Source: Bigelowiella natans CCMP2755
Lineage: Eukaryota; Protista; Cercozoa
Length of the DNA: 64,000 bases
Assembly (NCBI GenBank): GCA_000320545.1
Contig: ADNK01003302.1
Span: 82,121-146,120, forward strand
Direction: 5' to 3'
Shown one piece after another: positions 45,151-57,304 of the stretch (its first letter is position 1; each line of letters begins with the position of its first letter). The translations under genes were made by a program, and so were the position numbers. Below the pieces are notes generated by a model that made no database searches, was not told the DNA's origin, and saw only the letters and a program-made list of their open reading frames with translations.

Positions 45151-46134
45151 ATGCCACTTCGGAATAATGCTATACGTCCAATCAAGCCAGCGAAGAGAAG
45201 GTTTGCTAGCCTTAGTTCCCCATCCTCCAATTTGTTGCTTTCTCCTCCTGTAGTGAGTATGAAGTGAGTTTCAGCCGGGAGATGATGTAGTCTTTGAAAT
45301 AGATAACCACATAAAATAAATTTTGCAAAGAATCCGAACAGCAGCAAAGAGAGAGGCGGACATTTATGCGTCCTGTGGAACATCTACGGTAAAAGCATAT
45401 TGCACCAATGTAAAACGTCGATTACATCCTCACAACCAAGAAACCTGAATACTACGTATTTTCCGTAGTCTCCAAAAAGATTGATTAAGAGTGCGAACGT
45501 ATTTACTCGGACTTCAAGTCGTATGATGTCCCAAAGAAAAACAAAAGATGTAGCAAGATCAAATGACAGGAAATCATGGAACAGCAGTGAAAAAGACACT
45601 TGCTACCCTTCCAGGAAAAATCAATCTGAAGTCACTTCTCCTTCTTCATCACCTTTAAGATCCCTGGCTAAATATTTTGCTGAGGATATCCTCGTGAATC
45701 TAAGGCATTCAGCCGCCACTATTAAGAAAAAAAAGTCGAAGCTGCAAGCAAAGAAAAGAAAACCTATTCCTCAAAGAAGAGTTAGTACCCTAGTAAATTA
45801 CGATGAACGAGAAGCTGAAAGAGAAAGAATAAGAAGGCTGTATTTTGGAAAGGATGAGAGTAAAATCACAGATATTTTCAATCCCTGGGTAATTGCTCAT
45901 GGTCGACAGCAAGTTAAGGTAGTTTTTCCACCATTTTTTTCATCGTTAGCCTTAATGCAACTTCGAACTGTGTTAATATATTAATATCAACTACAGAAAC
46001 GAATGCATACCAGCCATAGAGGGCAATCAAAAATTAAAAGGGACGACACTTACAGCGAAGAGTTTGATTACTCTCTGGGAAAACTAGCAGGAAAAGCCAA
46101 AGCATCATGGAGGAAAAAGAAGTTGTTGTCCTGA
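45151..46134 (+). CDS. Hypothetical basic, Ser-rich protein; start uncertain (45151 or 45523)
   Basis: The 167-aa ORF splices at GT 45919 to AG 45996 in frame and ends at TGA 46134. Candidate upstream exons begin at ATG 45151. Confidence 0.5.
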
Positions 46135-46637
46135 AAATGTGTGTGTTTGTGTTGATTGATCTTTCATGCGCTAAGCCTTGCCACAGTTATGATTTCAGAA
46201 GTCTACATTATTAAATTTGAATAATCTATCGGCATGCATCGCATATATATAGTAGTCACAGTAACGATGATGTAAATGCTAGCTGTGATTGCGAAGCGCT
46301 CGTTTCGTTGTCCCGAGTGAATAGTTTGCTACTGCTAAAGACGTGCTCGTGGTGCCCGCAGCATAGTGTTTAGTTCGCTACAGAATGCAAACTGTCTAAG
46401 ATACAGCACATGTGTACATAGTATGGATGGTACAATTGGCTATGCAATCGTATCACAGCCTTGCGTATGCGTATGCTTCGAGAATTTTGTGCTGAAGCCA
46501 CTGCCTAAACGTACATTTATCAGGATGCACATGCTGTCAGTGCGTGTCTTCAAGATAGCAGACATACGGACCGCGTGAGCAAGATACGAGCCACTACGAT
46601 GTGTATCTATTATGTAGCTTTCTTGTACATTCCTTTG

Positions 46638-46819
46638 ATATAGTTCAGAGTAGGTCAGTAGCTACGCACGTTGCGAGTTGCGATGCGATTGAATGCAAGA
46701 TAAAATATCTTGACGATGCTAGGTAGTCATATATAGTTCAGAGTAGGTCAGTAGCTACGCACGTTGCGAGTGCGATGCGATTGAATGCAAGATAAAATAT
46801 CTTGACGATGCTAGGTAGT
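46638..46819. repeat. Near-perfect tandem duplication, 2 x ~90 bp
   Basis: 46638-46727 and 46731-46819 differ only by one T indel. Confidence 0.95.
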
Positions 46820-46893
46820 ACCTATAGCTTTTACAAGTCTTACCATCATGTTATTGATGCATACATCGTCAGATTATGATGCCATTATATTCA

Positions 46894-47620
46894 TTATGAC
46901 TTGCTGTCCTCGGCCATTTTGGTTGCTATCGTGATACTGAGCTTATCTGCAATCGTTGAAACCCAAGCCTGGTCTTTCGATGTAAATCCACGCACAGTGT
47001 CAGTTCCAAGAATTATTACAACTGGTTGGACGGGTACGTCTCCTTTTTGAGATGAAGCAGCGATTCCTACATTTATAGGCTTCACCAGGAGACCCTGCGT
47101 TCTTTCAGGCAAATAGTTAAATTCTCCTCGGCCCGAATTGAGCTGGAGGTTTGGAATATAAGATCCTTGGCCAGATGACATTGCTCGTTGGCATATAGCA
47201 CCCGGAACATACGAATTGCATTCAAGCCCTCCTTCGCCGGAGTTTGCCTCCCGCAAATAGCCTGCACGAGCATAGACGCGGCCTTGTGCATCCATCACCA
47301 CGTATGATTTGCATCGTGATGCGCTTCTAAGCACCTTCCAAATCCACTCAAGTTCGTCTCTAAGATCCGGACTTATGTCTAAATCAGGGTTGACCCCAAC
47401 TTGAGCATCGTTCAATAATACCGAATCTGCTCCGAGGGAGACAGGGACAGGGTCTTTTGCACGTACGGCGTCACTCCAAATGAGGCCGGTGAGAGTCAGT
47501 GCGGTTCCAAGAGGAAATGCAGCAAGATCAGCCTACGGGTTAGTTACATGTGATATTATTTTATTAAAAAATGAATGGCTACTAAATCCTGGAGGTGACA
47601 TTGACTAGCTACTACTACTA

Positions 47621-47652
<32 letters not shown>

Positions 47653-48049
47653 ACCTGAGTGACATGTTCCGTTGGTGTAGTGCTGGATAGAAGCCTGTTG
47701 GCGAGTAGCAACAGCAAACCAGGAAATCCGAACACCAATGGCAATCCACGAATTCTGCTCTCGTTTTCTCTCACCATAGCGTCAAAATCCATCGTTTCAC
47801 CTTGGTCGCGCTCACGCTCCGTCTTCAGTGTTGTGGAGGAAGAGGACGTAGGAGGGGGGGCATCCGAACGCTCCTCGGGTGCTTTGTCAGCATCAGACCT
47901 GACATCTTCCATTTGTGAAGGCAGCTTTTGTGCGAGCTTGGATGCAATGTTCGATATCCACGAACGATCCTTTTGCCGAAGAGAATTGGGAGCATCTGTG
48001 AGTACCCAGAGATTGCCCCATCCATCAACAGGCGACACGAAGACCGTCT

Positions 48050-48090
<41 letters not shown>

Positions 48091-49568
48091 GCGAGCCCAA
48101 ACATAACACCGAAATGAATGTACCATGATTCAGTCAGCGACAGCAGCTATGATCATTACTCCCTAGGTTCAATATTGTGCATAGTACTAGTACAGCTAAA
48201 GTGTAGTAAGTCAAACACCTGAGCTTCCCCGACTACATAGCTACTAATACCAGCGGCCGGGGATAATCCCGCCTTTTCGATCTCGCTAAGGCTTTGCAGG
48301 TTTAAGCCCCCGTCCTTGGCAGCAGCGCTTGCAGCTACACAAATATTTCTTTATTTTGCTGCTGAGAATAACGGTAAAGAATATTCGACGTGCACACCTC
48401 TGTTCGCTACGGAGATGTCCTCTGAAAGTGTATTTAGGAGCTCCTCTTTAGCATCCGGTAAGCTGCCACGGAAAAATCCCCGTGCTGCAACGACTCTCCC
48501 GGACCCGCTGAATAAATATTATATTCCTCAGATAGATTCGAGCTTTCTTCCACGATTCGAAGGGATTTTGGTTTTTGTTGGAGAGGAACCTTATAAGCAG
48601 CACGCGATGTGCGTTGGTATTCAGCACAAGAGATGCGGATGCCTATGTAATCATCAGACAGATATAAGAATTAAATAAAACAATGCAGTAATAATAACAC
48701 TAGCCTAGCAGATATGCAGATAGACATGTGAAACATTCCCCTCCACCAATCACACACATACACACACGCACGCACACACAACAAACATCTATCTACATAT
48801 ACACACATATTCACAAAAATAAAACAAGAAATCAAAAACAAGGAAACAAAGCAAGAGTCAAAATCTCTATACGAACCCATGCAGCCTCGAGCTTTGCAGC
48901 TTCGGTAAGGTCTTGTGAGATGGCAAACATTTGCTGTGTACCTGCCAGAGGGGGAGGTCTTTCCGCTCTTCCAGTAGCTGATTCGAGAGTGGATGAAATA
49001 GCGGGAAGTGCCAAGCATCCTAGCCCCATTGCCGCACCCAAAATTTCAGAGCGAATTTGAGCCTAGAAGTAGGGTCAAGGACAGAGAAGACAACTTATCA
49101 GCTTGCATGCAAGCTATCGGAGCTATTAAGGGAGAGGGAGCGGAAATTACTTACTTCGGGAAGATCGATGCCAGAGGTAAGATGGTTGACGGTTAAGGCA
49201 AGTAGACCTGCTGCGCCAATATAGGCAGGCAGTTTCTTCTCGTCAACCCCTGGAATCTTGAACCGAATCACCGCATACTCGATGTCGTCCGATGGTGACG
49301 ATTGAACTCGAAGCTTGCTGCTAATTCCCCTCACTCTATGGCTTGCTTGTATTTGCCCCGAGGATCTTGAGGGAGGTTTGTGTCCCCTCAGTACTAAATG
49401 ACCATGCGGCCGAGGTGGGGAGTGATACCAACGATGAGTGGAAGACAAACGTTGAGGGTGTGAGCTTAGGCGAGTTTCTGCGGTCACTACAGTTAGCAGA
49501 GTGGCCAGTATCATGGACACTACAAGTCCCCTCAAGGAGGCTAGTTCAGGAGCGCCAGATATAGTCAT
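46894..49568 (-). CDS. CCB2-CCB4: Plastid-targeted CCB2-CCB4 fusion (cytochrome b6 heme ci assembly, system IV)
   Basis: Bipartite leader. CCB2-like half: IRFKIPGVDEKKLPAYIG..LTVNH, AQIRSEILG, EAAW, KDRSWISNIASKL. CCB4-like half: RGLPLVFG..LLANRLLS, ADL, LTGLIW, ELEWIWKVL..SRCKS, PGAICQRAM, FNYLPERTQ, RGFTSKDQAWVSTIADKL. Confidence 0.88.
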
Positions 49569-49963
49569 AGGGAGAAGGGCGGTGATTTGTGGTACGTGTG
49601 GACGACGTAGACAGCCACGCTTCTATATTATCTCATAGGAGGAGGAGGGAGGACCACTCAAGAATAATGATACCCCAGGAAAAGAACTTTAATCTAAACA
49701 AATTTTAACACCAAAAATATCGTATGAAATATAATCAATATTCATTTGTTCACAACACGCGATATCATAATGGTTAGTGCAGTTCATGAATGAATTAATT
49801 TCAGATATATTAAGGATGAATATTTTCCATAAATAACAACAACAAATACAACAAAACATTACTGGGATTACTCCACAGAACGGACAAATGGAGACGTAAA
49901 GCGGAGGGTCCGGAAAGGACAGAGACATCATTACCACTTGTACAAATATACATACTCGAACAA

Positions 49964-50615
49964 ATGTCTTCTCTAGACGCTAGTCTTCTACGCTTGAAAG
50001 GTCTTCTAGAGAAACCTTGGGCTCCTCTAGAGACTGCAGCGTTGGTAGACGAAGAATTGATGGACAAGTTAATTGACGAACCAGCCCTCCTGCTCGAAAC
50101 TGAGAAATATGCTGCGAGGTTTCTGACATGTTTGATAAATCTAGAGAAGGAACACTTGCGGGCACTTCGGTCGAGGATAGAGAGACTTGTTCCTATTCTA
50201 CATGAGATGCATGGTTCAGGATCTTGGGTCGAATTTTTAGGGAATCTGATAATGGAACAGTACGGCGTTGAATCCTCCACGATGAAGATAGAAAAGATGG
50301 CTAGGTCAGTATCCAGCTTAACATGATTGCCGACACGAAACATGTAAATTTGAAATCGTTCGCATAGAATAAAGCTATAAGGTCTTTGTAATAAGCTGTG
50401 TATTGCTAATAAAGGTGGAGCTTGTTCGGAAACAAGCCGGTCACGTTGTTTTACACGCCATCGACACTGCCACATGAAGCGTTCTGCCTTCATCCTTCAT
50501 TACTCCCAGGAAGTATGCAAGATGAATTGCATGCTCGCGTGGAGTCAAAGCATTTCAAGGTTAAGATAGACCCGAAGAGTCTGTCTGATTCAATCATAAC
50601 GGAAAAGGAAGAGAA

Positions 50616-50622
<7 letters not shown>
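49964..50622 (+). CDS. NELFA: NELF-A-like protein consisting of the N-terminal domain only (~182 aa, 2 exons)
   Basis: Intron 50305-50414 joins the two ORFs in frame. Ordered motifs WAPLETAALV, RFLTCLINL, SWVEFLGNLI, LPHEAFCLHPSLL and KHFKVKIDPKS parallel human NELF-A WAPPSIASLL, KLLLGTLHL, PWVLMVADIL, LPLECQYLNKNAL and KHFQLKRKPKS (recalled, not searched). Confidence 0.72.
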
Positions 50623-50646
<24 letters not shown>

Positions 50647-51210
50647 GGCTCATGGAGCCCCTTCTTTTACGATGTCTGTATGTGATAGTTGGGCTTTATT
50701 TCGTCTATCCAAGGAAGAGAGACCGCAAGTTTTGTTCTGCTACAGATATCAAATAGCCTATTCCGCTTCTTGAAAGATAGTGCGGTGCCGTTAATTGTCT
50801 ATCTCTCATCGTATAGCTACATTAAGCAGACATCCGCTAAAATACTTCAACGAGGTCGACAAGAAACTAGAGCTGTGAAATTTCCCAATCTAACATGAGA
50901 ATATTACGCACGTGAAAACATGTTGATATGCGAACGTATGTATTTCTGTGAGAGCTACTAGTGTAGCACCCCCCGATCAACACGATGCATATATAGGTGT
51001 ACTACAGTACAATAGCATCGTCATCCTTCATACAGCTTAACGGTGGCTGAAATGTTACGGCGGCATATATGTCTAGATTTCTGCTTATTAGCGCATACTC
51101 GGCGCATGCATGTGCAAATCGACGTGAAATTCAATAAGGTCTGCTAATGCAAATGACATCGCAGTTACATGAGCATGTGTGCGCATGCACGTGTACACAA
51201 ACACACAAAC

Positions 51211-51247
<37 letters not shown>

Positions 51248-51745
51248 TTAGTCTACTCAATACGCAAAGAGAGCTACGTAATCTAGTAATGTGTGCTACG
51301 TGTGGTACATGGTAACAAAATTGATAACAACAATATGCGCTACATGTCCATGTGTGCCCGTAGCAGAAACGATGCTATGTACATATGCTGTTGCATCAAT
51401 AATGGGCTAATATTTCATGCCCATATCTAGATATGCATGCACAGTAGGAATAACCTCATCGCCATCTAGCTATGAATCATTACGTTCCTGCCACGAATAT
51501 ACATATATCAGGATTTTATGTCATGTAAAATATATGCTAGTAAATAGACTATACTAGACCAGAAAGCGCTTGTTCGGATCGATGATCCTTTTCTTGCTCG
51601 TTAACAAGGCCGTCATTTTTGGCCATCATCATACTGATCATCATTATTTCTTGGACAGCCCACTACTACTGGGCCAGTACGTACGTAGTACGTAGCTCTT
51701 GTAGACATTAAGACTACTACTTCTTCTTCTTCTTCTTCTTCTTTA

Positions 51746-51916
51746 CTATTCCCACCAGCAGTTGTTCTTTCGAAGCAAGGTCTCTAGATGTGGAGTGACA
51801 GCCCATCTGTAAAAGTATAGTACGCTGTGAGAGTGAGTCAGTGTCGTCTTATCAATGGTCAACAGTGCAAAACTGACTTATCCTTAAGGACGGAAATCTT
51901 TGTTGATAATCGAAAA

Positions 51917-52010
<94 letters not shown>

Positions 52011-52167
52011 GTGCGTGTTGACATATAGACATCTATGTTGTTATATTTTTTTGCTACTACTTCTCTTTCATCTTGGCATATTCTTCTATGATAGCTGGGT
52101 CCACAAACCCATCAGGTCTCCTGATTACATATTATAATCATATTGTATACAAATACATCCACACATC

Positions 52168-52202
<35 letters not shown>

Positions 52203-52490
52203 GCATATACATGATGCTCTCACTTGACTTTGGAAGAAGAATCCTTTTGAAGTCTCTACTCTACGGCTTGAATGCATCGTCAAACACAATAATAGCATGC
52301 TACAACGACCACCAGCAAAAACGTGTTTTGTCGTTTTCTCACACTATTTACATGGATATCAGCTAAGTAACTTTACATGTATAACAAGGCTATTACTTGT
52401 GAGCTCTTATCAGCAGATTCTTGCCAGTGTGCTTGCTTTGCACAAACTCGACGATTTCAACCTGTTTGACAATGACAGAATGAAAGAGAA

Positions 52491-52537
<47 letters not shown>

Positions 52538-54562
52538 ATAATTCGCACAATTTGGTCTCTGCTGCTATTGTAATTGTTGTAGCTGCTGCTGCAATGATGA
52601 AACACCTTATATCCAAATGCGCGTAGAATATGAGCTCGAAACCAATCCGTGAGCATATCTGCTATCTATTTGTAGTAGTTTATGGTATCATCAGGCTAGC
52701 TCTCAAACATACATTTTTGCTGCTGCTACCGTTGCTATAGCAAACATTAAGATATGTTGATCAATAGCGATATTTCTCCCCACCCCCCCCCCACAAATAA
52801 AGGCAAAAAGAACAAATAAAGGCAAAGAGATAGAGTGAAAGAGAGAGAGGGGGAGAGAGAGAGATATTCAAAACCAGCAAAATCTCAGTAGCAGCAGAAG
52901 GTAGTAAATAGAGCATCACCACCTGTTGTTTTAGGATGCTATCGTGTTTTATTAGAGCCAAATTCTCCGTTTGTCTATAGCCCAAGGCTTCTAATCCCTT
53001 TTCTGGTTTGGCAGAGCACGAATAACACAAACACAAACACACAAACGAACCAAACAGCTCAATCTTATTCATCAAATGGTAGTTTTTGCACAATTTCCTG
53101 TCTCCACAACACGCATTTCTTCTTGTGTGGCATTAGAATGGACGCTTCTCTGATATTCCGATATAATGATCCGAATGGTAAAATAGATCAACGCGACGAT
53201 TTAGAACCCACCCTTAGTCGAAGTGCCACCACCTGATTTCTTGGACTTCATCATGTTCAGTGATCGGACCTGTATGAGAGTAGTTTTTTCGTTGGCAAGC
53301 ATGCCTATTTGATTCAGCAAGCACATCACGCATGTACATTATACTTGAGTGTGTTTGTGTGTATATGTGTGTAGCAGAGAGGAGGGGGGGGGGGGGGGGG
53401 GGGGGAGTATGTGCATGTAAAGCAACTTGACCCAGAATTCGAGTGCAATGATATATCTGCCTCCTACTTCCCAAGAACTCTACTTACAATCCTAATCCTA
53501 GTACCTACTACCTACTACCTGTTGATGCAGCTGCTGGTTGAGATGGTGGTGGCAGCAAGGGGCTACAAGAATGATCTTTGATTCACGTACAAGGGCCTGT
53601 TGTGTAAGTGAGTGTGTGCTTGTGTATGCTAGCCTCCTCCTCGATCTCTCTTTCTCCCCCCTCCTCTCCCCTTCACGATCTCTCTGTCCTCTCCCTCCTC
53701 TTTATTCTACGACTTCCTTTCTGACCTGCAAAAGGGCTTGATCCGTCGCCACATCGCATGCATGTAGCGCTACCTGTGAATCAATACATAATACACCACA
53801 GGATTCATGGACTCACGTATAGTAATCCCAACCGCTGCCTGCGCAACAATTTCAGCAAAGTCAATATGGAGTTCCTACTTACCACAATGTCAAGCTTCGT
53901 TTTGTAGTTATCATCAGACATCCAATCGACGATAGCCGCTATTATTATGCCGTAACAACAAGAATGATAAGTTTTTAGTGCTACTTACCTACCACTACAC
54001 GATGATGTCACAGATGGTGGAAATATAATATACTAATCTTCTTAAGAGTTACTACTACTACTACTACTACTTCTATTACTACCATCATCAAACTCAAGAT
54101 TCCAGGACAGGTTTCTTGCAAGATTGTTGTGCTGACGGTGGTGGTGGAGATGGTGAAGTGCGGTTATTGATGATCTCCCTTTGATTAAAATAATAGCAGC
54201 ACTACTCAAAGGCAGGGTGGTAGTTGTATGAATATAGCACTTTATTGATGAGATGTCGTTGCAGATCAACTCCAAACGTCCTTACGTTCAACCCCATCAT
54301 TTCCTGGAGAACCCTTGTAAAGGGGAGGAATGAAGGAAGGAAGGGAGAAGGAGAAGTAGAAGAAAAAGAAGAATAAGGAGGAGCAGGAACAAAGGAAAGA
54401 AGGATAAGAAAAAGAACAATGAGGAGAAGGCACGAAGAACTCAAAGAGACGAAAGAATGCAGGGTTTGTGAGAATATGAAGGAGGCGTGATATTAGTTGT
54501 TACCGAAGAGGAATAATGATGTCATTAACCACGCCTTATCGTCATCAATCACCAACACCATC

Positions 54563-54593
<31 letters not shown>

Positions 54594-55276
54594 CCGTACT
54601 AAATTGATATTCATATACCAATGCAGTGCAAATGTCAGATGAGCACTTCCGCACCCGAAATCGGCTATATTGATGACCTGAAACAACAATCGGAAATAAT
54701 GATAAGGAGTAATAAGAAATGGTGCCTAGTGCGCGTGGTGTTTTTCTATCATTACTTCTTCATCCGTTCCAGGGGTAAAGATGTTGTTCGTACCTAATAA
54801 TGCGTATTTCATGTTCAGGTTGGTGCTAGGTAATAATAACCTTAACAGGAGAAACCATTTAATTACTATTTCCGGATCATAACTGAACATATAAGATGTG
54901 AATACAAATAATGGGTGAAAACAATCCACACTGACTAGCCTTCTATTTACCAGCAAATTGTATTCCTTTGGGAGAAATTGTGAGCATAAAATTAAGGATT
55001 TGCTGCACCTGGACAAACTGAGATTCGACCAACGAATGGAAATAAGATAGATGATGATGATGGCGATGATGATGATGTGTGACACTATGTTCTTCAAGAA
55101 CGATAAGTCAACAACGCATCTCAGGAAATATTCATATCGTATTCCTCAATTCAAACGAATGCTGCGACGAGAATTTCTTTCTGCCAAATAATGTCTCTGG
55201 ATGGAAAAATCATCGCTATTTTCAGCATCTTTGAGAGAACTTTGCTGGTATACACTGTATCATGATCATGTGTGAG

Positions 55277-55313
<37 letters not shown>

Positions 55314-55597
55314 ATATCCTCACTCCGTCTCGACTCGCACCTTTGAAAAATGCGGCCGCTTGACCTTTCCGTCTGGATGCATCATTCCCATGTACACCAA
55401 AAACTACGAATAGGAGGAGGAGGAGGAGGAGGAGGAGGAGGAGGAGGAAGGGTTGCAAACAAAGATGACTCAGCTCTAAAACCTAGCGGGGAAGAAAATG
55501 ATCCTTTGTATTTACATTACTACTCAAAGAAGCAAACTCATGAATGCCTTCTTTGAACAGCTATTATCACCAAGGTGAAGAACAACATTTCAACAGG

Positions 55598-55628
<31 letters not shown>

Positions 55629-55779
55629 CACTTTTCTAAAAATATCAGTCCTTAATCGACGACCGGAATGTGCATTTCTGGAAGAATCTCACGCGAAACC
55701 TCGAAGCTGATGTCGTAAACGTTGAGAAGTCAATGAGAATGGACGACGTTTTGTAGGGAGAGGGAGAATTTTGTAATTT

Positions 55780-55817
<38 letters not shown>

Positions 55818-56433
55818 CATATATTATATATATTTATATATAAGTCGCGCAGACCATTCGTCATAGGTTGAGAAGCGATGATGGCGAAAATCCAACAAGG
55901 GATCTCCAAAAAGGTAATCCAAATCCCCATCTACATGTAGTAGAGTAAGTGTACTCAATGAGTCTTATCTCCCCTTTCTTGAAGGAATTAATAGGTGCCT
56001 CTTAATAATAAAGTCTAGTACTACCTTGTTGTCTCTGTACGAGAATGTGTGATATATTCCCTGCGTCTATGACCATACACAACATTTAAGGAGCAGCAGT
56101 CTAAAGAATAGTATGTTAGCATATGATCCCATGATCGTACTACCTGTGATGATTGACCTAATCTTGCTCCATCTCTCCTCCCCTGCAATGCAAGCAATGA
56201 TCTAATCGGTTGGTTGCGATTTCCACTCTTTGAAATAAAGATATACCCATTATTTACCTTTATATAATCTGGAAATATTTTGGCGCGAATTCGAGTAAAC
56301 AACTTTGAGGGGACCTTCTGATTGGCCTTGGGTGCACAAGAGGTCAACTTGATCCCAGAGTGTGTCCTTACCTCGGTTGATTTTAATGATACAGCGACTT
56401 ACATCTATTATTGCAGTAGTAGGCAGCAGCAGC

Positions 56434-56464
<31 letters not shown>

Positions 56465-56989
56465 ATAGGAGTGGTAGAAAAACAACAACAACGAGACAAC
56501 ACATTCATCGAAGGATTCAATAGTCAGGCCTATATCGCGATTAGATTTCGGCGTAATTTTAAGCCACAATCAATTTAGAAGTTAACCAAAGACGGTTTCC
56601 AGAAGCTTCTCGGTGATGACAGCCTTTGAATCTACGACCTCACTCGATGCACTCGATTGCGGGTCCTTCACTCTAAGTGGACTAGTGGATCTTATCGTAC
56701 TCTTCATCATCGATGATCCTCCAGATATTCTTTGTACTGGATTTAGTGAACAGCTACGTTGACGTATGGCGTACCGTACATGTAAACCATTGCTACGAAG
56801 AAGGCGCTGCTGCTTGGCAAACCGCTGCAACAACCCACTGCGCTGCTGCTGGGAAGGAAACCCGGAACAATAATATCGAGGGGATATCGTCCTGGTTGAT
56901 CGCTCCATTTTCCCTATTCCCAGGTTCAAACCAAGTCCCACAGAAATGATGATGACCCCCAACAGCCTTGTCTTCGTCCCAACCTTCAT
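51746..56989 (-). CDS. Bacterial-type SAM-dependent methyltransferase (Methyltransf_32-like), probably with a plastid-type leader and N-terminal extension; many exons
   Basis: Exon peptides: FVQVQQILNF, VINIADFGCGSAHLTFALHW, TFGVDLQ, VALHACDVATDQAL, IILVAPCCHH, MLTDWFRAHILRAFGYK, VEIVEFVQSKHTGKNLLIRA, WAVTPHLETLL. Joining to the leader exon at 56989 across 55.1-56.4 kb is only partly resolved. Confidence 0.75.
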
Positions 56990-57304
56990 TGCAGACTACT
57001 GCGACAGGCAGGCTGTTGTGGAGGGCACAAGGCCGTTGTGGGAGCTTCGTACGAGGCTCAACAAGGCCGATTTTTTCAAGTTTGAGCTCATTAAGACCCA
57101 GAAGCTTTGCGATTTCGAGGTGAGACAACTCTTTCCCATGTCGCAGAGTTTGAAACTAGCAGGTAGCCAGACTGCACAGATTCTCTACTTTTCGTGGGTT
57201 TCTGCATTTTAAATATTGAGGGAAACGATTTGTCGCATGTGATAAATCCCCTGTATTTTCATATTAATCGTGTCGCTACTGAGTGTCCTCTCCCCCTAAC
57301 CCTA

